Shown: positions 39,380-51,936 of the stretch, one piece after another
Position numbering within the stretch: position 1 is the first letter of the stretch
Layout: each line of letters begins with the position of its first letter
From: Octopus sinensis
Lineage: Eukaryota
Assembly (NCBI RefSeq): GCF_006345805.1
Contig: NC_042997.1
Location: forward strand, 169,818,001 to 169,882,000
DNA length: 64,000 nt
Reading direction: 5' to 3'
Made by a program: the position numbers and the translations under genes
Notes under the pieces: generated by a model
The model's input: only the letters and a program-made list of their open reading frames with translations
Database searches by the model: none
What the model was told of the DNA's origin: nothing

Positions 39380-39760
39380 TATTGATACTGATGCTGGTAC
39401 CACATAAAAAGCGTCCAATACACTTTATGGAGTCATTGACCATAAAAATCATGGCAGAACAGACAATAGAGCCTAGTGCAGCCCCTGGCCTTACCAGCTA
39501 GTCAAACCATCCAGCCCGTGTCAGCATAGAAAATGGACATTAAATGATGATGATGCTGAAGAGCATTTTTTTTCTTTTAAAGAGGGGAATAGTTAATTAA
39601 ATCAACTGAAGTGTTCAACTTTGCTATTCATATTCATCCATTATGTACATATTAGATGAATGGCTAAGTTGATCCTAGCAGGATCTGAATTCAGATTGCA
39701 GAGGTATGCTGTAAAGGTAATTTGTCCATTACCTTACCAGCTCTATCGAGCCACCACCCT
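39380..39760. mobile_element. RTE 3'UTR fragment (+, 39380-39560) followed by a degenerate family B SINE (-, 39570-39760)
   Basis: gtcagcatagaaaatggacattaaatgatgatg tail, then gcaggatctgaattcaga. Confidence 0.6.
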
Positions 39761-40664
39761 CTTTTGATGTAATATTTCCTTGAAATAATTATTTTTATAA
39801 TTTCAGTTATTCACAGTAAAATATCAATTTGAAAGATAAATATTTTTTGTAAATCTGAGTAATAAATGCATTTATCATAAATTATATAATGGAATTTACT
39901 CTCCAGAAAATTTCTTTCTCACAAAAATTTTACTTAGTGATAGAATTAGGGGGTTTATTTTATTGCTTTTTTACGAGAAGAGGAATTATTGGGGGGGGGG
40001 GTTATCACTTATTTCAGTCTTATTGCTACATTGCTGAATAAACTTGTCAGTATTTTGCAATTATCAGAAACGAACATCTCAAATATTTAATTTTACTTTG
40101 CATTATTTACGCATAAAAATGTTTGCCAGCCATGATTGTGTTAAACGCTATCATAATTCACATCATGTTTTTCCACATCAGCAAATGTCATGTCAACATA
40201 ACTATGTATTCTTCTGTGTGTTAACTTGGAAAATGTTATAGGATAGATGGGAGAAGCTAGGAAGATTTGTTTTTCTTGTTTTGATTTCCCATTATTTACA
40301 TGGATTAAAGGATTTCCTAAATTCAGTTATACAATATTGTATTGAGTATCATATTTTACTAACTTGAAATCTGATTAATCGCTATCTGCCTTCAGTTAGA
40401 TTGAGAAAAACAGAAAGTTATTTCATACATAGATACTTTGCCTGAGATTTATTGGAGGGAAATGAGACCTATGGTACTTGTGCCTTTCTAATAGGCCTAA
40501 GTGACTTGAGTGAAAGGAAATATCAGGCAGGTCTGAGTTTGCAATCATACAGATTCAGATCTGATCCTACTGCACAGCACATTTAGTTAGTGCCTTCTAA
40601 CATAGACATAGATTGAATTAAGTATCTGGAAACTGTGTAGAAACCAATGATATATGTACGCACA

Positions 40665-40827
40665 TTCTCTTATTCTTTTACCTGTTTCATTCATTTGCAG
40701 CCATGCTGGCACACCACCTTGAAGGGTTTTAATCAAACAAATCAACCCCAAAACTTTTTTAAGCCGAGTACTTATTCTATCAGTCTCTTTTGTTGAACTG
40801 CCAAGTAATGGGGATGTAAACACATGC

Positions 40828-40888
<61 letters not shown>

Positions 40889-41077
40889 ATATATACATAC
40901 ATACATACATACATACATACATACATACATACAATAGTTTCCATCTGCCAAATTCATTCACAAGACTTTGGTCAGCCCAAAGCTATAGTAGAAGACACTT
41001 TCCTAAGGTGCCTCACAGTGGGACTGAACCTGGAACCATGTGGTTGGGAAGCAAGCTTCTTACCACACAGCCATGCC
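40665..41077 (-). mobile_element. Family A SINE
   Basis: Full body with internal (CA)/(TA)/(CATA)n. Confidence 0.88.
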
Positions 41078-43979
41078 AAATGAAGTCCTTTGTGATATTA
41101 GTTCTGCCTTAATGGACAGTCTCATTCATTCACCATCATAAATGCTGTGAAGCAGCAATTGTCCCATTGAAAACTTTTAACCAATGACACAATTCTTTAC
41201 AAAATGAGATATAAAATTAATAAGACAGGTGGAAATTGGGAACAAGTTGTATGTTTTGCTTTCCAAAATTTAACTTTGTTTATTGTATTTGCCTAAGACA
41301 AAATAATGAATTTTACTTGTGGAGGCTATATATTTCATACCCCTTTATTTATAAGCTAATGAAATCCACCATTTTGACAATTCAGCAACAAGGCAGCTTT
41401 TTAACAATATGGAATCGTCCATGAATTCACATTTATTAATATATCAGAAAAGTTTAATTTGAAATAGAACAGCAGAAAGGGAAAAATGGACATGAAAACA
41501 GTGTTGATCGTGATGTTGATGATTAATAAGGTGAAATTGTTGATTGCTTGAGAAGAGATTGAAAATAGAAGATAAGAAATGGCTGAATAAATGATAAATG
41601 CTGAAAGTAGATAATAAGCAGAAAATGTAATTAAGTCAGGGAAAATTTTGAATGAGGCAGTTAAAATTGGTCTGAAGGAAATGGAAGAAACAGAAGATAT
41701 GAGCTTGGTAGAATATTGCATAAAGTAATCATGAAACCTCATCTAACTGATGTTAGCCTGAAAGAAAGAGAAAAAGTATTTATAGTAGCCTAATCTCAAA
41801 CATTATTTTTTCTCTACTGGTCCCAGTTATATATCTGCATTGACTGCTACTTCCACTGCGTGATTGTTTGCTTCTTACTTATCTATTTTCCTCCATCCAT
41901 TTACATCAAACATTTTTCACCTCATTTTTTTTTCCCCATCTGATACCATTATCTTCATATGATTTTAATCTCATTGAAATTTATAGTTCTAAGCTGCATG
42001 TACTGTATGCTGTTTATGTTCAATTGTGTTTTTAGTTTTAAAAATCAATACCTTGATTTGAATGCTAAAATAGTCTCCTAGAAAAAAAAAACTGGGTTTT
42101 TTCTCTCCTCCCTGGTTATTTCTCTATGTCAGAATGGATAGGATGGTTTCTGCCTATTTGGATATTCACATATTGTTAGACCAATATTTTTTATTATGTA
42201 GTTGTTCTACTATAAATATTCAACCTTAAAGAATGAGAGGTACCTGGCATGCAGACTGATTCAGTTTCAGTAAAGTTTTGTTTAAGTGAAAAAGACAATG
42301 GTTTCAGACAAAATTGGATGCTAGGTCCACTTGCCCAATAACTTAACTGTATAACAGCTATTTTAGAAGAGTGTATAAATGTTTGCTTCTTATTTGCATC
42401 ATATGTTGAGCTCACTTTTTTTATTGCTTACTTGCAAATCAGAGCTTATCTATATATATTAAAATTTTACTGGATTTAATATTCTTCAAAAATTCTTGAT
42501 AGTACATTCTCTATAACAAACACTTTACCTCACCAAAATATTTACATATTGCTTTAAAAATTGTACTGTTCTCTGATTTTCTTTGTAAAATGATAAATCC
42601 CCAGTTTGCAATTTTCGATAACTTCATCAATCATTTTTATTGATTCATCCATTTAAAACGCTAATGCTTTGTTGTATGTATTTTTCACCAACATTAACTT
42701 CAGTCACCCACCATAATGTGTATAGAATAGAAACACAGTAAATAAGAAATGACAAGACTTTCCTTGCTTTAAGATCATGGTCCTCTTTCATTTAGTCAGC
42801 CATTGATGTGATTGAGCATAATGCTTCTGATATCAAACACTACTTAGAGATAAGTGCAAAATAATGTAATGCAGCTAACATTACTTAAAATGATATTGAC
42901 AATTATGATAATGCTCACAACAATGATGAATAGTTTTGAAAAAAAAAATTTTTTTTTTTTCTGTTTCTAGTGTGTGTTCTGTTTTACGTATAGCAATAAA
43001 ACATTCATAAAAGATATTTGAATAACGCTTCCTGTTTATTCCCCATCTGGTTTTATAGTGAAAGATTATTCATAGAAAAATAACTTTCACTGATAAAATG
43101 AATTTTCAAATCAGTAAAAAGTATATGACTTCTGCCATGCATGCTAACTCTGAATGTTATATTGTATAAATTGTCATCTTATTAAGCCTTAAATTTCAAT
43201 TTTTAAAAAATATTCATGAGTTAAAACTCCCAATCACGAGTGTGATGTGATTAGTGTTTTGTTTTCTGTTCACCTATGGACTTGAAACTCACAAACAGAA
43301 AATATTAAAACCTATCCATATAGCTATTAAAGCTGCATTTTTTTTTTTGTTTTTTTTTTTTCAAAATGTTCCAAACAGCAATCTAACATGATTTAATAAT
43401 AGAAAAACGAAAAATTTAATATGTTTACATTTTAATCCTCTATCTATTATAAAAGAGTTCAAGTAATAATAAATCATAATACTCTTTTGAGACAGTTTGA
43501 GAAAGGAAAGGAGAACAATCTAATCTTCTTGCAGATAAGTAAAAGCCTGTGTAACTAAGTTTGTGGATGTCTTAAGTTCAGGATTCTAAATTAACTTTCT
43601 AAATAGCTACGTTACCATGTATAATGAATTATGTGAAATGTAGACAGTGGCTTTCAGCATGAAAACAGTGCATCAACTTTAGTAATTAAAGAGTAATGAA
43701 GTAGATAGATGGATAATTGGGTAAATATTATAATAGTACTATAATGTAATTCAGAACTTCTTAAGTATGTAAGCACCTGGAGATAAATGGCCTAAACTGA
43801 ATGGAATATTTATTTCATAGGTTATAACTAAAGATGATAGATGATAACTAAAGTAACTTGAAATAAATCAACTCTGACAAAATAGTATTCATACTAGATA
43901 AGATAAAGAAAAATCATTTTCTCTTGAGAGATGAAAAAACTTGTGGCAATGGATAATATTACTAATAATAATGATGATA

Positions 43980-44400
43980 GGCGCAGGAGCGGCTGTGTGA
44001 TAAGTAGCTTGTTTACCAACCACATGGTTCCAGGTTCAGTCCCACTGCGTGGCACCTTGGGCAAGTGTCTTCTACTATAACCTCGGGCCGACCGAAGCCT
44101 TGTGAGTGGATTTGGTAGACGGAAACTGAAAGAAGCCCGTCGTATATATGTATATATATGTATGTGTGTGTGTATGTTTGTGTGTCTGTGTTTGTTCCCC
44201 TAGCATTGCTTGACAACCGATGCTGGTGTGTTTATGTCCCCGTCACTTAGCGGTTCAGCAAAGGAGACCGATAGAATAAGTACTGGGCTTACAAAGAATA
44301 AGTCGCAGGGTCGAGTTGCTCGATTAAAGGCGGTGCTCCAGCATGGCCGCAGTCAAAATGACTGAAACAAGTAAAAAGAAAAAGAAAGAAAGAAAGAAAG
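43980..44400 (+). mobile_element. Young full-length family A tRNA-derived SINE
   Basis: ggcgcaggagcggctgtgtg..aagtagcttg (A-box region), ggttcagtccc (B box), internal (TA/TG)n, (AAAG)n tail, many intact CpGs. Confidence 0.95.
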
Positions 44401-44544
44401 ATAATAATAATAATTACTTATGGTTGTCCATTGATTTGTCCATAACATCGTAAAGAAAGAAAATATGATTTACACCTATACTGTAAATGGTAAAGAAAAT
44501 ATTTGAAAATAATGCTGATGATTATTGTCACTACCATTTAACAT

Positions 44545-44925
44545 CCATCTTTCAATGTTTGCATGGGTCAAACAAAATCTGTTGAAATAGATTTTCTACA
44601 GCCAAGTATCCTTCCTGTCACCAACACTCACCTGTTCCTAGATAACTTAATATTCCCTCTGGCTACACATTTTTTTTTTCCATGAATTCTTGGAAACAAA
44701 CACAGCTTGTATGATGGTGATGTTCATTTACAGACATCAGGTGATGTTAAGACAAGGGTACACACACACACACACACGTTTACACACACAACAGATTTCT
44801 TTTTGTTCCTCTCGACCAAATCCACTCACAAAGCTTTGGTCAGCCAAGGCTATAGTAGAAGATACTTGCTCAAGGTGCTACAAAGTGGGTAACAAGCTTC
44901 TTAAACACATAGCTGTCTGTGCCTG
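44545..44925 (-). mobile_element. Family A' SINE
   Basis: Reverse of the 20531-20940 and 46090-46505 architecture. Confidence 0.75.
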
Positions 44926-44944
44926 TTATTAATATTCATCATTA

Positions 44945-45200
44945 TCATCATCGTTTAACATCTGCTTTCCATGCTGGCATGGCTTGGACGGTTTGACTGA
45001 GGACTGGCAAGCCAGTAGGCTGCACCAGGCTCGATTCTGATTTCCTACAGCTGGATGCCCTTCCTAATCCCAACTATTCTGAGAATATAATGGGTGCTTT
45101 TTACATGCCACTGGCATGGGAGCCGGTCAGGGGGCACAGATATCAACCACGTTCACATGTTGCTTTTTATGTGCCAATGGTACAGGGAGCCAGTCACGTG
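44945..45200 (-). mobile_element. RTE 3'UTR fragment
   Basis: catcatcgtttaacatctgctttccatgctggcatgg...ctacagctggatgcccttcctaa. Confidence 0.8.
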
Positions 45201-46089
45201 GCACTAATGATAATAATCATTTCTAGTTCAGGTATAGTGCCAGCCATTTTGAGGAGAGAAGAACAGTTGATTATATTAACCCCAGTATTTGAATGATATT
45301 TTATTTTATTGACCTTGAAAGTTGGCTAAAAGGTATCAGTTCTAATTGTATAAACTGTGAATGTGTGCTTTCAGAGATTGCTAAGAAAACATTTAAATTA
45401 ACCTGAGAATATAAATTAAGTTTATACCAACATGATGCTGAAACTTCAAACATAAAATGTATTGAATTAATACAGTTTTATAATTGAAAAAGCTTCTAAT
45501 TACATGGAATAAACCAGAGAAGTCACTATGTGGACATTTTCACTACTAGAAATAGAAGTCAAATGTCCCTCAAATTACACTAGAATAAAGACTGGATGGT
45601 TACTGCTAGAACACTTTTCATCAGTCAGAGCTGACCTCCTTTGAACAACAACAACAACAACCCATTTCAGTTATTCATGTAAATATCTGAACTCTGGAGA
45701 AACACATTGGACAATGCAATCCATAATTTCATTATCCAATACATCCTTTCTGAGTTCATGACAGGAAAAACATGACAACAGTAGACATAACTGAACTCCC
45801 TTTGATCATAATTGTCTCCTTAATCAGAGATGACATGATTAATGTGTATTGAGTTATATGCTGTCATTTATTATATCTAATCAAATAAAATGTGTACTTA
45901 CCAAGAATTCTTTTCCATTGTTTTTTTTTGTTTTTTTTGCTCTGGACAAAATCAGCTGCAGGCAGATTTGGTCAAACAATACCAAAGACATATGTCATGA
46001 TGACATCCCTAACACTCCATCAGGAGTTGAGGAAGCAAGGCAAGGCATTGTCATTATATGCAAGTATTGCTTATGTAATAATAGTACTT

Positions 46090-46505
46090 GCATGTGTGGT
46101 TAAGAGGTTTGCTTCCAAACCACTTCAGCAAGTGCCTTCAAGTATACTTGGGTTGAGCAAAGCCTTGTAAGTGGATTTAGTAGACAAAAACAAAAAGAAA
46201 CCATCATATGCATATATCTGTGTGTGTGTGTGTGTGTGTGTGTGCACAAATGTGCATATGTTTGTGTCTCTTTGTTTTGATGTCATCTGATAGTTGTAAA
46301 TGATTGTCACTGTCATACAAGCAGTGTCATTTATTTCCAATAATTATTCTGCAAAAACATGTTTGGCATTGAGGAAGTATGACCTTGCTTGGAAGCAGGT
46401 GACAGTTGGTGGCAGGAAGGGTATCTGGCTGTAGAAAATCTACCTCAGTAAATTCTGTCCAACCCATGTAAGCATGGAAAAGTTAATGCTAAAGCAGTGA
46501 TGATG
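46090..46505 (+). mobile_element. Family A' SINE
   Basis: Family A head plus ggcaggaagggtatctggctgtagaaaatct...catggaaaagttaatgctaaa..gatgatg tail. Confidence 0.8.
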
Positions 46506-47257
46506 ATTATTACTTATGTATTATAAGTATTACTACTTTAGTATTAATTCATTTAAAGCTTGCATTTGGATTCAGCTATCAGATTATAGCAGTTGTCATA
46601 TTTCTTGAGGTTAGATAATTAAGACTTAAGGCACTGAGTTTCTGTGTTGCTTCAAGAGATGCTCTCCAGAAATTATTATTATTCATGTATTAGCATAAGC
46701 AGACAATATTAATCAGGCATTAACACATGGCAGTTTTATTATTGATATATGCATATATTATTAATTAGAGCATCAGACTGCCTTGCAGTATTTTTTACTG
46801 ATTCTTTGTACTCTGAGTTCAAATGCAGTGGAGGTCAGCTTTGCCTTTCATACTTTCAAGATCAATAAAGTGCTACTCCTGTACCAACAGTAATTCTTTC
46901 ACCCTCTCTTTTTTCTTTCTGGGAGAAACTGGGTGTGGGTAGACATTTAGTATGGGAATGTTACTGAACCTGGCAGAGATGTTGTTGTTGTTACTATTAT
47001 TTAACTTCTATGTCATCAGGTCATCTGATTGACTAAGTCTTTGATCAAAAGTATTCTAATCATGATCATCTCTTGCTTAAGCTATAATGTATCCAGAACT
47101 ACATTATATCACACACATATATATCACCATCATCATTTCATCATTATCATTTCAACATCTTTTCTATGCTTGCATAGGCCAGACCAGATATATTGAGGCA
47201 GATTTTCTACACCCAGATTTCCTTCCAACTGCCAACCCACACTTGTTTCTAAGCAAG

Positions 47258-47333
<76 letters not shown>

Positions 47334-47334
47334 G

Positions 47335-48290
47335 AAAGACAGAAGATAGAATATATGAGAATTCATTATTAATCACGACAATTGTTTCGACACATCTAGC
47401 ATCAATTCCTCATGGGTAGGACATTCAACAACTGGTTCAGGAGCATCCAGTGGTGCAGATGTATCTTGTCAGGTGATAAATAAATACAACTCATTAAAAT
47501 GACTGTTTCACAATGTAACAAGTAAATTAAATTGAATTAAGTTAACAGTTACACAAAATTCATTCTCACTGCATTCTGCAAAAGTACATTTATACGCATG
47601 TAAGCATCATGAGAGTCGTTCAGAAATTCTATTAATTATCTACTCGTTAGTCCACAGATTAGACAGGGATTCCTCAGACCGGAGACAGCATCTCCTGGAA
47701 ATTATATTGTATGGTTTTGCTTACCTTACTATAGACCAAGCTATGCTGTACTTTGTTTTATCCTCCTTCAGTCGCCATACAAAATCTGCCAAAGATGTTG
47801 AATGTCACTTACTGATTGTCTTAAATCTGGCAACACGGTTACAATAACAATTCTTAAATGAATCAGCCATCTGCCCAATGTAAACATAGGGCCCTCCCCT
47901 TGTGTGCATTGTACATTTATGTACAAGATTTGTACTCATACTGAGATTCATCAAAGGACATTTTGATTTATCTCTGCATGAGCATTTATTGTATTTATTT
48001 GTATATAAGGCAGTCCTGACTCCATTAACTAGTGTTGTTACCATGCTAGCTGTACCATGAGTATTTCTACTACTACAAATTGGTCATAGTTGGTGTTTAT
48101 CAATGCAGTTTACATCTCCTTTGGTATTTAGATGCAAATGTTCAGTAGCATTTTGCTATTGTTTATGCAATGCATAAGCTGCTCTGAATTAGCAGAGTTG
48201 GTGTAGGATATCTTCACGGTGTGTCGATTAAAAATAGCATGATACCGATTAGATTTAGGAATGGCACTGCTTGTATGATGGTGATGCTTT
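47335..48290 (-). mobile_element. Penelope-like retroelement 3' remnant (GIY-YIG endonuclease pseudo-ORF plus terminal region)
   Basis: Minus frames: IPKSNRYHAIFNRHTVKISY; KCSCRDKSKCPL...TNLVHKCTMHTRGGPYVYIGQMADSFKNCYCNRVARFKTISK*HSTSLADFVWRLKEDKTKYSIAWSIVR*AKPYNIISRRCCLRSEE; INRISERLS*CLH. This is the order of motifs in Penelope ORF C-termini. Confidence 0.85.
47372..47477 (-). ncRNA. Type I hammerhead ribozyme motif with one core substitution
   Basis: Minus strand: stem I AUCAC/GUGAU, core CUGACaA (G8 read as A at 47467), 9-bp stem II GAUACAUCU/AGAUGUGUC, GAAAC-AAUU-GUC with palindromic stem III and GUC cleavage triplet. Confidence 0.8.
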
Positions 48291-48890
48291 CTTACAGCAT
48301 TCATGTCATGTGAAGACAAGAAAATATACAAACATCCTAATGATGGGTTTCTTTTCAGTTACCATTTACCACATTCACTCACAATGCTTTGGTCAGTTCA
48401 GAGTTATAGTAGAAGACACTTGAGACTGAACTTGAAACCATGTGATTGGGAAGCAAACTTCTTAGATACATACCTATGCTTGTGTGTGTGTGTGTGTGGA
48501 CATGGCAGTGTAGTTAAGAAGCTTACTTTGCAACTATATAGTTTTGGGTTCAATCCCATTGAGTAGCAACTTGGACATGTATCTTCTATTGTTATTCCAA
48601 GCTGACCAAAGTGGATTTAGTAAATGGAAACTGCAAAGAAGCCCTTTTTATGTACATGTGGGTGTGTGTATCCATCCATCCATGTCTTGATGTCATGCAC
48701 TAATCATAAACAAGCTCCACCATCATACAAGTGTTAGTGTTTGTTTGCAATCTTTCATGGAAATGCCTGAACTAGGGGAAAATATTAACTTTCTTGGAAA
48801 TAGATGAGTGTTGATGACAGGAAGAGCATCAAGCCATAAAAATTGTTGCCTTTACAAATCTCTCTGAACTGTGAGAGCATGGAAAAACAG
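48270..48890. mobile_element. Head-to-head pair of family A/A' SINEs separated by (TG)n
   Basis: Minus copy 48270-48485, plus copy 48497-48890. Confidence 0.75.
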
Positions 48891-49149
48891 ATGCTATGAG
48901 GAGAACAATGATGATATAGAGGGTGTGTGTGTGTGTGTGTGTGTGCACATGTGTGTGTGTGTGTGCACGTGTGTGTGTGTGTGGAAAGGTGTGCCATTCA
49001 GCTGGAGGATTAAAAACATGTTAAAAGATTCATACTATGGTACTGGATGGTCATGGCTGGAACATCCTTTATTATATGTCTGCAGGATCGGGGTTAGCCT
49101 GAGACTAGAATACAACAGCCTCCTACAAGGAGTACAATTCCAATTTCTT

Positions 49150-49440
49150 TCATAACCCATATTTTGTAAATTTCTCTAGAGTTTTATGCTGCTTGATCTT
49201 TTTCTTTTCATTTCTAAATATTCTGTTATTCCCTGGTGATGTTGCTATATCAATTATCCAATAAACTCTTCTCTTTTGCAACAATGACATTTTCAGGTAT
49301 TCTTTCCTATTTCTCATAATCATTTTCGATGTTGAAGTCCTTATTAACTCTACCACTGAGACAGGCTGGTTCTCATAACACTTTTTGTTCAGCTTATGTT
49401 TCTTGTACAACCGCCAGTGCACAATTCTGTCAGTGCCTTC
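49150..49440 (-). mobile_element. R4/Dong-like RLE domain remnant
   Basis: ORF 49150-49422: HWRLYKKHKLNKKCYENQPVSVVE...VYWIIDIATSPGNNRIFRNEKKKIKQH, matching the HW.LC...WYEHQPE..VE / IIDIA.P.D pattern. Confidence 0.7.
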
Positions 49441-50059
49441 TTTTGTATTCTTTTTATGGTAGTTTACTACACATTATAATGTGACTGACCATTTTCCCTT
49501 TCATTCTACAGTCTACATCTATATGGTTTTATCAATATTCAATTTCACATAATTAGTTCTCAGAGATTGCTCTCATACTGCTCATATTAAGGCTTCAGTC
49601 TTGATCTACATGTCCATTCAAATGAAGCTTACTTATCTATTCCACTTGCCAGATCTCATATAAATTGGCCATGCATTAATTGATCCATCTACTTTTTTTC
49701 TTTATCTGCTTTCTCTATCTCTTCTACTTTTCTTTTATCATAATTAGTCTTTTCTATGCTATTTCAGTCTGTAAAATGTCATATTGTTTTACTTCCATCA
49801 GCCAAAGTTCAACATTGTTCTTTATGAACAAACCAAGATTGTTTTCTTTTTATTATTGTTATTATTCTTGTTATTGTTTTCACTATTACCCCCTACAGAA
49901 AAATTACCCTCATCATTGGTACAGGTGTGGCTTTGTAGTTGAAGGTTCACTTTCCAACCACATGGTTTGGGATTCAGTACCACTGCATGGCACCTTGACC
50001 AAGTACCTTTACTGTTGAACTTGGCCAACCAAAGCCTTGTGAGTGGATTTTGAGATACT

Positions 50060-51770
50060 TGAACTTTCTGGCTGTGTGGATTATGGTCTAGTCATCCGTA
50101 TTGTAAATCAGGTGATTCACAAAGGAATCATACCTAATGACTGGTGTGGCAGCATCATAGTCAACTGCTACAAAGGTAAAGGTGATGCCTTAGATAGAAA
50201 TAATTATAGGGGTATCAAATTGTTGTATCAGATGATCAAATTTATGGAGATAGTCATAGCCCAACTAATTAGGGGAAGAATTTGTCTAGATGAGATGCAG
50301 TTTGGTTTTGTGCCAAGGAGAAGCACCACTGATGCTATATTTCTGGTATGGCAGCTGCAGGAGAAATACATAACCAAAGATAAACCTCTGTACTTAGCTT
50401 TTGTTGACTTGGAGAAAGCCTTTGATAGGGTCCACCGATCCCTTATCTGGTGGTAAATGTGAAAACTAGGGTAGACAAGTGGCTGATGAGACTGTACAAG
50501 CCATGTACAGAGACACTACCAGTAAGGTGAGGATTGACAATGAGTACAGCGAAGAATTCAGGGTACAAGTAGGAGTTCACCAAGGATTGGTCCTAAGTCC
50601 CCTCTTATTCACCATAGTCCTCCAGACAATAACAAAGGAATTTAAACCAGGCTGCCCCTGAGGGCTCTACACTGATGACTTTGTTCTTATAGCTGAATCA
50701 CTACCAGAACTAGAGAAGTTCCAGGTATGGCAGCAAGGTCTCAAATTGAAGGGCCTTAGAGTTAACCTAGCAAAAACCAGTCATAGTAAGTAGGAAGGCA
50801 GGCAAATTACAAGTTCCTTCAGGTAGAAGGCCCTGCTTGATCTGTAGAAAATGTGTAGGTAGTAACTCTGTAAGGGGCACCCAGTGTAAAGCATGGGGGA
50901 AACATGGGCTGTGACAGCCAAGGACATGCATAGGCTTGAAAGAAATGAAGCCAGTATGCTTTGCTGAGTGTACTATGTCGACGCGTCCTCGAATTTCCAC
51001 CGCCGAACCGCCCGCCTTTCAGACGCTGCGTTCGCCCGCCCGTTGACGCCCGCGTTTGCCCGCCTTCGCCCGCCTTTTGAAGCTCGCCTTCGCCGCCACT
51101 ATATCAGTGTGAATGTCCAACAGTGTAAGCATCTTGAGAGAAAAGTTAGGCATAAGAGGTATCAGATGTGGTGTAGAGGAGAGACAACTGCACTGGTATG
51201 GTCATGTGATGCAGGTGACACATAAAAAGCACCTTTCGAGCATTGAGCCTTACAGAGGCAAAGTTGTTGAGTTCCTTTCAAATAGAGGCAATGACAGACA
51301 TTGGCATTATGCTGTGCCTGAGAAGAAAACCCATCAAGCCATGTAAAATTGCAGTCATGGCAGATACCGGTGTCATACAAATGGCACCCATGCCAGTGGC
51401 ATGTAAAAGGACCTTTTGAGCATTGGGCCTCACAGAGGCAAGGACCAAGACCATTTGGCATTATGCCATGCTTCAAGGAGGCAATGACCAAGACTTTTGG
51501 CATTATGCCGTGCTTGAGAAGACCCATCAAGCCAAGTAAAACTGCAGTCATGGCAGATACTAGTGTCATGCAAATGGCACCCATGCCGGTGACTCGTTAA
51601 AGCACCCATTACACTCTTTGAGTGGTTGGCGTTAGTAAGGGCATCCAGCCTTAGAAACCATGCCAAAGCAGACCAGAGTTTGGTGCAGCTTTCCAGCATG
51701 CCAGCCCTGGTCAAACCATCCGACCCATACTAGCATAGACAACGAACATTAAATGATGATGTTGATGATG
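50060..51770 (+). mobile_element. RTE-clade LINE: RT domain to 3' tail, with internal deletions, a GC-rich insert and a repeated C-terminus
   Basis: IPNDWCGSIIVNCYKGKGDALDRNNYRGIKLL, QFGFVPRRSTTDAIF, LAFVDLEKAFDRV, GVHQGLVLSPLLF, YTDD (YADD), GETWAVTAKDMHRLERNEASML, RQLHWYGHVM, WHYAVLEKTHQAK*, (GAT)n tail; stops and frameshifts. Preceded by a SINE A head (49918-50053). Confidence 0.92.
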
Positions 51771-51936
51771 AAACTGTAAAAAGCCTGTTGTACATGTGTG
51801 AGAAAGAAAGAGTGTGGATGTGTACTTGCATGCACATTAGTGTCTTCTTGTCTTGCTTGACATCATGTGATAGTCATAACGCCATCATCATAAAAGCAAT
51901 GTCCTTCATTTCCAATCCTCTGCAAAAATTGTCCAC

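Noticed and set aside
41430-41730. Purine-rich stretch with protein-like pieces (AENVIKSGKILNEAVKIGLKEMEETED)
   Set aside because: There are multiple stops in all frames and no motif I can assign. It may be a decayed transposon, but that is unsupported.
50968-51225. 85-aa Ala/Arg/Pro-rich ORF
   Set aside because: It is created by the low-complexity GC-rich insert read through into RTE sequence.
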